Assembly (NCBI RefSeq): GCF_000711695.1
Contig: NW_013547021.1
Span: 1 to 64,000 of the forward strand
DNA length: 64,000 nt
Direction of reading: 5' to 3'
DNA from: Tilletiaria anomala UBC 951
Taxonomy: Eukaryota
The translations under genes were made by a program, and so were the position numbers. Shown piece by piece: positions 50,320 through 63,600 of the stretch. The notes below the pieces were generated by a model that made no database searches, was not told the DNA's origin, and worked only from the letters and a program-made list of their open reading frames with translations. Positions within the stretch are counted from its first letter, which is position 1. The number at the start of each line of letters is the position of its first letter.

Positions 50320-53300
50320 ATGCCCATGCGCCATCCGCAGCTAGGTCTGACACCTGGCGATCCCGATTCCCGTCGCTCGTTCGATTCTCAGATCTCGTCA
50401 ACTGGCTCACAACTTCACCTGTCGCAGCAACAGCGACCGGGTCACAATGGCCGCGTGCCGCTATCACATACCCACTCTGCCAGACCGCCCAGCAGCCTCA
50501 TTGCAGGCAGAAGACCAGCATCTTTAGTGATTCCGAACACGCACAAACAGAGTATGTCCGGAAACGTATCTTTCCCTCCGCCGCAAAACGACACCTTATC
50601 GAATGGCCCACCGCAATGCCTGACGCCCTGCCAAAGGGGCACAGTGTCCTTGTCGTCGCCAGCAACTGGTGGCGGTGCGCCTTTCGCATCGTCGAGCTCG
50701 ACACAAAGGCCTGCGCCGCTCTTGGGTCCCCTTTCGCAGCCTTATTTCTCTTCGGTGGGTGATGTCCCCGTCGCGCCTCCGTCGAACACGAGTTTCAGGT
50801 CGCCAGCGAGCGGCGCTGCCCGCGGTAACGTCAAAGGTAGTGGCACTGCCTTTGACCTGCCGAGGCCGCTATCGATGCAACAGCCTGGGTCCGGTGGCAC
50901 GCCTCAGTCCTGGATGCATCCACAACAGTCGCCTTTTTCGTGGGGCCTCTCACCGCAAGCCAACAGCCCTTTCTTCCAACATCAGCAACGACAGCCACTC
51001 TTACCGCCGCCGCCACATCCACAGCCCGGGCCGTCCGCAAGCTGGTCTGGTGCGATGAATGCGCCGCACGGCGCTCCCGGCCATCTGGAGTGGGACTGTG
51101 CACAATGTGCGGCCCTGATAGAGAGCGTGTACGCTGCGTCGCGCGAGACTGCTGAGGAAGAAATGCGCCGACGGTCTGAGCTCGAGGCTAAGCGACAGCA
51201 GCAGGCGAGCCGAGAAGAGGAAGAGCTGCAGCGCGCTTTGCGCGAATCGTTGGCGCTTGATGCCGAGCAGCGCAGGCGCAAGGAGGAGGCTGGCGCAGAG
51301 CGCGTAGCGCTCGAGGAGAGCTTGCGCACCGCGTTGCAAGAGCAGGAGACCGAGTCGCTGCGGCGCGAGGCCGAGGTACAGACGACCGCTGCGGCGCTCG
51401 CGCGCAGCCGTGAGCAGGCGTCGGATGACGCGCGCAGACGGCGCTCGCGCGAGGAGCTCGAGCAGGCCATCGAGGCGCGCGTCATGGGGGAGAGCAAGCG
51501 CGAGCAGGAGCTCGAGTGGCACAGGCGCGAGGAAGAAGAGCGCATGTTTTTGCAAGCTCTTAAGGACGAGAGCCAAGGGCAGGCGAGCGTATGGGAACGT
51601 ATGCAACGCGACGATGCGTTCAAACCGGCGTTCGATGCGCATCGCCGCCACTCCATGAAAATAGGAAGGAAGAGTGGCAGGCATGGAAACGCCACCGGCA
51701 CTGACAGTGGAAGCCAAAGTGGCACCACAAGTGGGGGTGGGAGCAGCATAGGACAGCAGGGACATGGACCGCTGTCGCGTGAACCGGAAGTGGGAGCAGA
51801 GCCCCTGGATGAGCTGGCGTCGCCAAGTATGCCGAGCGCTTCTGACCTGACGCTTGGCAGCAGTGGCCCTGCGACGCCTGGAGACCTGGGAATCGCGCTG
51901 AACCCCTTCACGGACGCAGCCGAAGCGCCTCCGCTCTACGAAGACGTCACGCCTTCTCCGTCATCGCTGCACTCGGCGCTAGGTGTCGTTTCTGATTCTA
52001 CAGCGGCCTCGATAGCCTTGGCTGCTCCTGAACGACCGCCGTTGAGCTCTAGGTCCTCGGAGCCTAGGCCCTTAGCTTCCATGTTTGCAGTGCTGAGTGT
52101 GAGCCCAGGGCCTTCGCTATCATCTTCACCATCAACGCTCCACAGACATTTGCCGCAATCTACGCCACACCCGCACTCGCAAGCGCAAGCGGAAATATCG
52201 CCATTACCCTCGTCGATGCCGCAAATCCCGCCGAAACTACCTGCAATGCGGCAAAGCTTGAATGGCATGCACAGTCGTCCGCTGCCGCGCATCCCGCAGA
52301 GTCTTGTCCCTGCATTGTCAGTGGCGCTCTCCCCTGCGGCTGTGTCGTTGCAACATGCCGAGCTCGACAGCTTCGAAAGAATCATCGGTGACAGAGACCC
52401 CTTGCCCACCCCACCACCGCCCGTGCCCCCGCCCCCGCCGCTCCCCCTTTCCATGCCGCGTTTGCGCTCGGAATCGATGCCGTCCGCTCCGGTGGCGCAG
52501 GCTGCGACCCTGCAAGCCCGCAATTTGTCGCCCCTGCCAAGCGTGCGAACAACTGCGATAGAAGATTTGGATTCGGACGAAGAGGAAAACAGGGCCCTGT
52601 CGTCGCGCCAGTCGCAGAGCACATGTAGCCGCAGCGCATCCATCGTCTCGGGCGCCAGTGGGCAGTACAATGGCAACGCGGGCGCGAGCCTCTTGAGCTT
52701 GGCGTCGAACATCGCCTTAGGCTCAGGATCGCATGGGCAAGAGCAAGGGTTGGAAGTGCAATCCCTCGACACGAAGTTCTATATTCCGCGAGCACATGTC
52801 GCGAGCCAGCAGAGTCTGCGCACCGTCGCCTCAGAGATATCGCACACTTCTATATCAAGGCCACAGAGCACGAGCTCCGCCGCCGGCATTAGTGGTGCAT
52901 GTGCATCTATTCCTCGATTCGAGCAGAAGACTCCCGAGAGTGTGGACTGGGGCTATGCTAGCTCGCCCTTCGACACCAAACTTTACGCTTCACCGCAGTC
53001 GATGACAGTGAGCGAAAGCAAGCAATACTTCCCAACCGTTATCACGCTCCGCGCCCATGATGGCAATCCGGATGCGAGGGCCGCTCGCGCTGCTCCTGCG
53101 CAAACGTACTACTTTGTCATTCGCGCGCAGACTTGGAAGGCGCTTTTACGCGCTATGGCTTGGTTTGGCAATACGCGCATTGAAGCGGGTCCGGAGGAAG
53201 TGGTGGAGGCTGCTACTAGCGCAGCAACAGCAGAATCAAAAGCGGGACCAGGGGTGCAGGAAGCCCGGCCCCTCACTGATGCAGGGGCATGCAAGCTCAT

Positions 53301-54032
53301 GATCGACCTCGAGTTCGTCACACCGCAGCGCTGGGACGTCTCTCTCGCTCCGATTGTACCCGAAGGGACTCACGGTGTCCAAGGCAGCAATGGAAACGAC
53401 AAACCTGCCTTTGTGGCTGTATGCCTCTCGCTTGTCCAGCATCGCTCCGCCGAGGTGTCTAGCGTGCTCGCTTTCAATAACCGCAAGCTCGACACCATGT
53501 ACCTGCAGCACGGCAGCGCACGCCGCGCCGTCATCTTGCCACAACGTCCCCCGCCGCTGCCTATCTCTGTTGTAGACCTCGCGCAGCGCATGCACGGCGC
53601 CCATGCATTCAGCGCCGCATGCCCGTCGATCTCTAGCAGTTCCAACATGGCTGCATCGCCGAGAGACTTGCACAATGCCATCGAAAAGCACGACGTCAAG
53701 TTCTTCGGGAAGCGGCGCAAGGAGGCGGGCAACAAGGGTCAAGGCGGCTCCCGAGCGCATCTGACGGTCAGCGACGATCCGACCGGGATGCACATTGCTG
53801 CAACGGGCGCCGTCTCAGAGCGCACGGCGCTGGAGAGGATGAAAGGAGCAGTGAAGAAGCTGGCGAAGAGGAGAGACGACCATGAATTGAACGAAGACCT
53901 GTCAACCTGGATCACTCCGTTCGGTGAGTTGCGCTCCTCGCTTTGCGCATTCGACCATTGCAGGATCAGGTCTGATGTTACTGACATCCACGGTTCAATC
54001 CTACTCTTTTAGATCTCTCAGAATATGGCTGA
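50320..54032 (+). CDS. Large Pro/Ser-rich hypothetical protein with UIM-like helices; 2 exons
   Basis: ~1200-codon ORF; EEEELQRALRESL UIM-like motif in a coiled-coil region; structured C-terminal part (FVIRAQTWKALLRAMAW.G.TRIEA); a terminal intron gives WITPFDLSEYG* (stop 54030-54032). Confidence 0.8.
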
Positions 54033-55055
54033 ATTCTAGGACGATTTGCATCGCCGGCATTAGCGGCTTTGGCCGCCCCCATCATTGCCGTTGCGCTGCC
54101 CCCTCCGCTCCCTGTTCCTCTTTTCATTTGCTGTCGCTCTGTTCAGGATAAGTCATCACGGAAGCACTGTATCATGATGTTGTACAAATCAGGACGCGAT
54201 CCGCTCTCATCATTCTTCCTCGCTGGCCCGATGCTCGGATGTGATTGCACGCACACTGATCACGCCTACCACGCGAGGACCGTAACGCTTGTACACGCTG
54301 CCGAGTGCCGACGATTCTCATATCTTATTTCTCACCTTTCATGATGCTGTCTGCTATCCCGTTGGCGGTTGTTGACATTGGCATGGCCCTATGGTGACAA
54401 GCGCTTCAGCTGCTCACAAGCACGTACCATTGCCTAAAAGGATGGTGGGCTTAGGTGACGCTAGAGTTGCTGAGGTTGGCTTCCTCTCTGCGAGACATCT
54501 GTGCTTCGCTGTACCGACTTTCGCGCCCACGCTTGGCACACACCAGCAACTCCTGATTAATGATGATCTTTCGTTGTGACCTCGTCGGCGCTCAATCCGA
54601 AGAGGTGTAGAGGTACTCTACGAAGGCAGAAATAATGGCTAGATTCATACAAGTCGGAAGAGAATACGGGTGCTTGTATCATAGTCGAGAATGACCGATA
54701 AGCGCAGAGAGGGAGACTTTGGTCGAGGTGCCGATGGTAGGGCCCCATGTCGTGGTCGAGCTAAAGGGATGGTCACGTGACCTTTCCTTCACACCACTCG
54801 AATTAATCTTAATCCTCGCTGCACATGAGATTGCCCATGGCGCTTCTGCCCGTGCGGCAAAGGTCAATCGATATACATTGCGTCCAGTAGTGCACCTTGG
54901 AGCATTCAACGAGTGGGGGACGCACCTGTTGCTGTGAACAATACCAGAATTTCTCCAATCCATCTTCGCTCTGCGGAGTCAGCGCAACATCCAAGATGCA
55001 AGAGAGAAAGCGACCCAAGCTCATCCCGCGGGACGCGACGTCCAAGACGCGGCTG

Positions 55056-56420
55056 ATGCCTGTGGCAGGGGCCGTGCCGCCGATAGGTACACCGGGCCCT
55101 CTCAAGCAGCTCGAAATGACCGAAGCCCGTGAGTATGTGCCGGCATCGAGAAACACAAATGGTGGTAACGAAGGCCTGAACCATATGCGCAACTTGCAGA
55201 AAATGCACTTGAAGCTCGCGTGGCTGTCGACGAGCGACCGATGAAAAGATTGATCAAGAAGAGCTTTGCTGTGCTAGGGCTACCCGGGGAAGATAGGTGA
55301 GTGTTGCATCGGCGATATTTTGCATGACTGCTGCAAGGCAATCTACTTGCTGATCAGCCCTTCTTCTCACACCTATGGCAATCAGCGACATTGAGCTGGC
55401 TGGTCTGGCTACTGAGATCTCCGCCATGAAGGTCACGCTTGCGCGCCTCAGAACGGTTGCTCAAGTGACCTCGAAAGGAGAACAGGCAGAATATGAAAAC
55501 GACTCGAGGAACTTTGGTACGTCTACTGCGGGGTACGCCTTTGTGACAGCTGGTGCTGATCAACACTCCTTAACTGATTTCACCTTCGCTCAGAGCAAAC
55601 ATTCAGAAACGGCGAGGAGGAGATTGCGAGACTGAAAGATCAGCTGAAAGAAGCACAACAAGAGAGGGCTAACAAGCTGGAATATGACGCCTTGGCAAAA
55701 CAGATCGCCAAGTACCCGTCAAGAGCTGAGACGGAGGAGTGAGTGCAACTTGGCGTCCTTATCTCCCGAAGTGCTTTGATGTCGATGAGCTCCGACTCAT
55801 CATGCCCTCAAATTCGTAGATCTATGCGGCGTGTCCGCTCACAAATTGAAGCCCTCCGCGAAGAATCAGAAGGCTACCGAGACATCGCATCACGCATCCG
55901 CGAAAAGTGGGTGTCGGCCATGGAGAATTTCGGCACGCTGCAAACCCAAATCAGCGTCGAGATTGCCGAGCGGGAGCGGGCGGCGGTTGAGAGGAACGAG
56001 CAGCTGGGAGACGATGACGATGACGAAGATGGAACTGTTGACCCCTCCGCGGAGGATGTGGATGAGACAGGAAAAGACGAGCACAGCAAGCGAACTGGGG
56101 CTGCACCGTCCGACGAACAGGAGCTGGAAGAAGGGGAAGAAGGAGCACATGGCAAAAAGGCCAGCAGCAGGGCTGCAGACGATGAAGAAGAAGAGGAAGG
56201 TGCCATGGCAGACGAACGATCACCACATCATCGCGCCAGTTCCGGCGCGCTGAGCGGCGGCAGCTCTCGCTTGAATCCAGGCGCTCAGCCCTTCGAGCCC
56301 GTCAGTCGCAGCTCCAGTAGCCTCGCTCACGCTGCCAGACGAGGAACGAAAAGAGATGACAATGAAGAAGGAGCCACCCGCCATACGCACCCTCTCCCTA
56401 AACGGCCCCGACGAAATTGA
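55056..56420 (+). CDS. THO7: THO complex subunit 7 (Tho7/Mft1-like); multi-exon; alternative start at 54996
   Basis: Spliced product: NALEARVAVDERPMKRLIKK...EQAEYE...EIARLKDQLKEAQQERANKLEYDALAKQI.KYPSRAE, followed by an acidic tail. Confidence 0.8.
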
Positions 56421-56459
56421 ACGCGAGATTTTTTCGGTCAAGTCACTTTCTGTAGCATA

Positions 56460-58893
56460 TTACATTAAAATGCGACATTGCTTGATCCCTACGAGAACCT
56501 TATCAGCGGCATCGAGATACTGCAAGTAGAAAAGGGAGCGCGTAAGCGCTGGGCAAAGCGTCAGCACCAGCTTCAACAATACTCACCTGCTGCCAACGTT
56601 TTTCAAATTTAGACGTGATGCGACGAGCCGCGCCTTCCCTGCCCTTCACGCGGTCGGCTGAAACGCTGATGCTGATGGCGGAGATGATACCGATACCCAA
56701 GGTCTGCTTGCCTGCGTGAGGAGGTGAAGCGGTCCAGCGACGCTGCGCAAGATCAAGCGTAGAACGGGAAATCGATTAGATCTAAGCCGTGAAATGCCAC
56801 ACATCGTCGCGTTAGCCCCAGAGACACACCACTGCGTGGCCCTGCATTTCGACATTTCTCGGAGGACCAGGGACGTTGGTTAGGACTGCAGTGAAGGACG
56901 ACATGATGACTTCCTCTATGCACTTCACGAACTTCCGAACCGACGTCCAGTGGTTAGAAGGAATGAGGATACTGGGGTTCGACAATAGCCCCATCGATGT
57001 GTGCACGAATTGTGAGCATTGTGACCGTGGATTTCCATGAGAGTGGGATGCAGGGCCCACTCACAGAACCTGTCTGGTCAACTGGCCGAGATGGGAGAAC
57101 AGCTTGGGCATTAAGCTCTGCTTAACGATGCTGAGCCGCTTCTTGTTTGCGTGCAAACGCGCGTGGAGCGCATTCACGCTGGTGGGGAGCCCATGGCCGC
57201 CAGGCAAGTAGGCGATTCCGCCCGTCGACCAGTTGCGCATCGTGGCATCACTGATGGGACGGATGTTGATCGGGATGAACAGGCCAATCGGATTCGGTAG
57301 GAAATAGTCGGTCACGGTGAGCATCTTGTTGGCCAGCCCGGGTCCCCGACCGCGGGCGTCCAGCTCATCTGCTACTACATCTGCGATGACCTGTCATGGA
57401 AGTTCTGATCAAAGGCCATGCTCGATGGGATACAGGCAAGGCTCGCTCTCACTGTGCATAAAAAATATCGTTCAGCGTCAAGTGTCCCCACATGCTCTTG
57501 GACTTTCTCTTCTTGTCCCCGGACAGCCAGTCAGCGAAGCTACCCGGCCGCGGCCCGCTGAAAGCCCTCTGCAGCTTCTTGACGTCGTCCATGGGAAATG
57601 TCTTGCTCGTGCTAAACTCCTTCTTCTCGATGCTTCCCGGGGCCCAGTTTGTGACATAGCGCTGGCGCCAGAAAGTGAGAAAGAAGATGACAGAGGTGAT
57701 CCAGGTCTGAATAATACTCCCGTATAGCTCCAAAATCGTCTGAATGGAAAATACCGTCCAGTACAGACCAAACATGGCAATCTGCAGCCAGAACTGTTGG
57801 TGATGCGCATCGAGCGACTGGAGAGCCTTGTGGAGCTTCGAAGGCTTAGCCGATCCGCGTCGAGCTTCATGCAGCGGCTGCGCGTCCTCCTTGAGCAAGC
57901 GCTCCATATCTGCACCGTAGGATGTGATGTACAGCTGGGACATGACAAAACCGACACCATCAGCGGAGGTGTGGTGGCCGCGCGTGATCATGGCACCTTT
58001 GCCACAGGACTCGGAGTCATGGAAGTTCTCCAACAATACGCATTCCCAAAGAGGCTTGTTCCTGATCGAATATTTGGCGATTGCTCAGTGCCCAGCATCG
58101 ATGTCGGAAAATGTATGGTCGGGACTCACAAGTCCCATTGTTGTGCAATAAATCTTCCTGTGTATGCCTCGAGCTCTCGAAGACCGGCTGGCTCCGGAAG
58201 CCTTTCGACGCGCAAATGCCGCTCAACTGCCCAGTTCGGGTCTTCGACGAAGCGTGCACTGTGCCATCCTCTGCCGTAGCCCTGCAGCTTTTGTCTGTAT
58301 CGTGGGAACGACACAACCTACTTCTCGATGGCCGCCTTGACCTCTTCAAACGTCAGCGGCGAATGAAATATATGGGTTGCGGTGAAGACCGGATTGAAAC
58401 CAGATGTGGTGGAGGAAAGGAAGATCCAAAGGCTGTCTATCCCGGGAATGGCATCCCTGCGGAACTCCCACCCTGTCTCTATGGGCTCTTCAACCCATGC
58501 TCCATCCTGTAGACATTTTCGAGCTGCAATGCCAGCAAGGTTGTCTGTCTCAGCTTGAGCCTTGAGGAGACCATCCGGCCGGCTGTGGATGCCTTCTAAG
58601 GATGCGCTCAGGATGCCTTTGCGGCTGGCGGAGGAGATTGGCTCTGGCGAGTGCCACTTGGCGGTGCTCGATCCGTTCGAATGTTCGAAATGGAGGTTCA
58701 ATCCTCCATTAGAGATTTGCTGCAGGCGAGAGTACCGATTCGTCGGCGTTCTTGCACCAGAGACATTTGGGGTTGTGGGAGCTGTGGAACTGATCCTCGT
58801 CGGTACCGAGTTGTCGCCATTCTCATAGCTGACTGAGCCCCATGGTTGTCCCTCCGACACGTGTCACTGCCGGGGTGTACTATCAGAGCCCAT
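56460..58893 (-). pseudogene. Wax ester synthase/diacylglycerol acyltransferase (WS/DGAT) family gene, disrupted
   Basis: FPRYRQKL, KPLWE, catalytic-type HHTSADG, TLNDI, PINIR..NWSTG, LTNVPGP, LGIGIIS. In-frame TGA at codon 10 (58864-58866), TAG at 58318-58320, and a phase conflict in a T-run at ~57460. Confidence 0.82.
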
Positions 58894-61800
58894 TATGACC
58901 ACGTCTGGTTGGCGGCTCAAAGCGACCAGACAGCTCTGCAGAGGAGAGCGAGAAGAAGAGGACGAGGGGATCAGGTCTCGTTTGCGGCAGCGGCTGTTGG
59001 AGGCAGGGCGAAAAAGGATAAGACTGTCGGACCACAAGGAAGGTCCGCTGATGAAGCAGGAATGCAGAGCACATGCGAGCTTCTCTAGCTCGCGAGGAGA
59101 ATAGAAATGCCGCATAGGGCTCCCCGGGTGGGGAGGGGGGTGCGGGTAGAATGACAAGCATGCAACGTAAATAGCGAATGGCGACCCCACACTTCAACTC
59201 GATCCGGATTCCGGGGACGTGGTGATTGGAGGGGCACAGGGTCAGAGGATTGCAATATTTAGACGCTCTCTTTCCCACACATTCGACGAGCGATGCCACG
59301 TCAACTTCAGCCTTCAATCATCAGTTTTCGGTCAAACAAGCATCCCCACAGATCGACGGCACAGACAAGGACAAGGTCTTCTTGTAAAACCTGTGATGAC
59401 GGACGCAGTTCATTTGCACGCTTGACACTTCTCAATACCTTCACGGTCTCCAGGCTTGAGGCATAAATACGGACGTAAACGTGCGTCGGACTCAAAAAAT
59501 CTCTTGAGAGAAAGCAGCAAGCATATCCTCCCAGGTGAGAAGCGTCGACTGTTCATGCGCTAGTGTCTACATTAATATGAAGGACAGTGTGGTTGCTCGC
59601 CGTGCTAATGCAGGATGAGGGTTGTAGTCAGCAAAAATGCCGAAGTCCGTTTGGCCGACCAGTTCGGTCGAAACACTCTATTCAAGTCTACTTCGAATCA
59701 GTTAGATTTTGATTCCGTTCGTGCCCCAGGCAACTGGTCAATTTGTTGTGTCTGCATTCCCCTGAGCCACAGTTCACATAGCATCTGGTCATCGCATGAG
59801 GCTCCAAGATTAGACCAGAGAAACGAAGGAATCCATATGAAGCTGCGATGCTGTGTAAATATCTGCCAGCCTATCAGTTTCAGCTTGGCATACGTATGAT
59901 CTGCTAGATAGGGCGGGCGAGTCAAGTTCGGGAGCAAGGAAAAATAAGGTGCGTTTCGGGAATTTTGACTATGGACAGAGGTATTCAGAGAACTATTCGT
60001 ACGTATGTACCGTAATGTGTATGCTGTATTGCCATTCAGTACCCAAAAAAGGCACCACTGCAAGTGTACAGAACGATGAGCGAGAATGCTCGAGCGACTC
60101 ACTCAGGTGCGTACCATGTGTGACCGGGGTTGGACGTGGACAACAGCTGCGTAAGCCAAGTCTCGTTAGCCGAATGTGGATACCTCACTTCGGTGTCCGA
60201 TGGAGGATTCCCTTCCTGCCGCTCCACAAAACATCTATGCTTCTCGGACTGGGGCACGATCATCCTCTTCTCAACACATGGTTAGCTTAGTAAGAAGTGA
60301 TTGGCAATGCGGGACACGCCATAGCATCCGACGAGCCCAAACTGGTATGTGAAGATCGTGCTGCCGGGGACGTGGTATCAAAACGACATGACAGCAAAGC
60401 CGAAGGCTGCCGCGCAGGCTAACAGGATTCAAGCCACCCACCGCTTCTCTGGCCGTGACCAACTATCAGAGTGAGGCGGAAAGAGCATCAGAGCAAGGTA
60501 TTACGTCATTGAAAGAAAAATTGCAGCGGCTATAATCAATGGCTGTGTGCTCGGAACATGTGCAAAGTGTGGATTTCCGGTAAATCGAAGCAGCAGACCG
60601 TGCACGGATGGGTGGGGAACAATGGGTAGGAGATCGTTTTCGGTGACACAGAATCTAATTCGCTGATGTCTCGCAGAACCGTTTTGTTGTCGATGCCGAA
60701 CTAGATCAGGTCTGCCAAGGATGGATGCTTTCTTTTTTGTTTCGCTGAGTTCCAGTCGCTCAAAGCAAAAGAGGTGGACTCTCTGATGGAGAACAATATG
60801 CTGCTTGAGATGCTTCTATACACGAGGGCTTCTATGAGGGTTGCTGTTAGTAAGTTCTTTCGTTTGTAATATCGTCCTGGGTAAGTTGTAACAACTTTTC
60901 GTAGACGAACCAGTGGCCAGTGGAGCTGAAGTAGTTGCAGTGGCAGATTGCCACCAATTTTCGATGTGTTTCCATTGCTTCACCGATTCCGATTCCGTTA
61001 TCGGTCTGCATGCGACTGATGGACGTTGCATTGGTGTATGCTAAGACAGCGTGTGACGTCGAACCCAGACTTTGTCATACTCCACGTCGCCAGTCACATC
61101 TTGCAGGGTGTGTGCGAGGTAATTGTTTTAGAATCCAACTCGAGTATTGTTTGCTTATGTGATGGACGGAGCACAGCTTTCAGCGGATGATGAGATCTAT
61201 AGCAACATGAGACCAACAGCCGGCTGATCTGGCAATCCGTGATCATCAAGGTTATGAGGCCAGCCACAGAGAGAGAGAGATGAGTAGATGGCAGAATCAA
61301 ATTCCTTATCTTATCTTTGGAGATCGCCGAGTCGCGTTCTATGAGTATGGTTCCCGTCATTACCTGCGACTGCGGAACAGCGGCGTTGTTGGAAGGAAGC
61401 AGTGGCTGCTCTCTCGCCTGTCGCAATACCGAAACCATTGTCAGCAAGTCGTCTGGAACCAGATATGTTTTGATGTTGAAGCTTGGAGCCGCCTGGGTGC
61501 TGCTATATGCATGTAATTATACAGGTCATGGTGTCGCTATAAGAAGTTTGACGGAGAGATGGCTTGCTAACGGGAAGTATCCAAGATGTATAGCGACACC
61601 CTCTGTAATTGGCATCGGGCAGGCAGTGACGGTGCTCACCCTCAACGTTCTTGCCGGCGGAAGCTCGACTACACACATGAAAGAGGCTTCGGAGTAGCTC
61701 GGCACAGCTGGATACGGCAAGGCGGCACCACACTCAACCATTGACGCCTTCTCTGTTCGCAACCTCTTTTATCTCTTTGCCGTCTGTCATTTGCCCTCGA

Positions 61801-63139
61801 TGTGCTATTCAGGTACTTCCAATCGCTCGCACGGGTTCATTGAAGGTGGTCGGCTCCGTCTTCCACTGACCGTGAGCACAGCTCCCAACTCCATGAACTG
61901 AAACCACTCGTCTGGCCCACACACAGCTTCGCTCGCTTGCCATCGCTGACCAGCCATAGTGCCAAGGCAGCAGGTGCCGACAATCTCACTATAAGTTCGC
62001 GATGCTGTTCTGCAATACCACTTCTCGATTCCGATAGCTGAGCATTGTACCAGACCGTCTCTGTCGCAAGTAATTCATCTACTGCACGGCACGCAGTGAC
62101 GTCATATGCCAATCAATGGACATGTTCTGCTCTCAAGTACTCGAACTGGGTTGTGATTTCGGCTTGATTTTCAACTTTGCGATCATGACTGGCGGTGGTG
62201 ACCGCTGCAAATTACAATGCTCACTTCTATTAAAGTCGTATTAGAAACTTTGTGTTGATGCTCCCCGTACAAGCCAATCTTTTGTTCATCCCACAGTGTA
62301 GAAAAGGTAAAGCGGCATATTGGTGCTACAAGAAGCAGCAGCCTCTCCCAAGACCAGAGACGGCGCTTCTGACCTTCAGCATGGCAACCAAAGTTCATTA
62401 TACACAGCAAGGCCTCTAGCTATCGCTTTTGACGGAATCGTCACACGCCAGAACACCCGGCAACCGCTGAGGTTCTGTGAGTGCACCTCCCCTCAGCGCT
62501 GCGACCCGTGACAGGCCGTCTAGGCGATGGGAAGCTTGCCATATGGCAGCTCAGGATCTCTTTTACCGACAACATTATGTCTGGGACTTATCCCTCAAAC
62601 CCCCAGAGCAACACTGATAGCGTGGCGATTGCAACGGAGAGAGAGAACACAGAGCTGTTTTGTCCCGCCCCTCTTCTCGCCCCCGCTCCCCATCCAAGGC
62701 GCTACGCGTGAGCACCGCGAGCACGGTCAACCACAGCGGGCTGCGCTCCTTCCTCACGACACTCGCCGCCGCCATTGCCGTGAGCTCCCCGGGGTCTTAT
62801 AGTGATACATCATCCATTGCGAGCTCAAGCTCGTTTGCGCACGCAATTGGGATACATGATACTGCTCTTGGCATGGAAGAAATGGCCGACGTTTGTAGCA
62901 GCCGTTCGCGTGGTCGCCGTTCTTGTCCTCTTCGCCATACAGCGTTCCGTACTGGAATGTGCCTGCCATCGGCAACAATGCGTACCTGCTCGATATGAAG
63001 GGCCAAGAGTAGGACGATGCGATGTATGGCCCTTCGATTGCAGATACGGTCTCGCGAACGATTGTCACGGCAAAAGGGCTCTCGGATATCGGATCGCTGA
63101 TCCATCTAACCCGTGGCAACTTCTTTGTGTTCCTCGGGT

Positions 63140-63600
63140 AAGAATCTATCAATGTACATATCCAAAATTCATTGTAGCGCCGGGTGACTCATACTCGAGT
63201 CTCCCTATGCAACGTAAAGCTATCCGGTGCTTCCAGCTTGACCTGAATTTTCTCCTCCTCCACATACTTCCGCGATGATGAATGGGACGACCTGACCTTT
63301 CAGGGTCACATGTACATCGACAATGTCCGGGTCTGGCAAGATCCTTCGAAACTTGCTGTTGGCTGGAGTCGTGAGTTTCGTTTCCAACAGCTCCCACAGG
63401 TACGACTTTGCAGACTGTACTTTGCTCTATTGGCATGCGCGGTCAGGTGATGATCATCGATAACTTATTTTTGCAAGTTCCATGTCCAAGGCATGGTTTC
63501 TCATATGGCGCTTTCTCCAGGACGACTGATTACATTCAGGGCATATTGAAGCATGCACGCCAGCTCACAGGTCCGACCAAATTATCCATAGACATGAGTT
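63140..63600 (+). pseudogene. KRE6/SKN1 (GH16-like beta-1,6-glucan synthesis) C-terminal relic
   Basis: WDDLTFQGHMYIDNVRVWQDP..VG (~LTFP..M.VDYVRVYQ...GCDP) at ~63283-63370; TTDYIQ then a frameshift to HIEACT (~PT.DYI..H.EAYT). The rest of the gene is not recognisable. Confidence 0.65.

Noticed and set aside
50982..52772. Several 250-310-aa minus-strand ORFs
   Set aside because: Shadows of the large plus-strand gene.
54719..54937. Short ORF containing HEIAH (HExxH)
   Set aside because: 72 codons, non-ATG start and no supporting metalloprotease context; probably chance.
4352..56420. Stop-codon readthrough (TGA CTA) giving cryptic peroxisomal isoforms
   Set aside because: I read the stop contexts of the intact genes and none has TGA CTA; the short RKI1 extension does not end in a PTS1.
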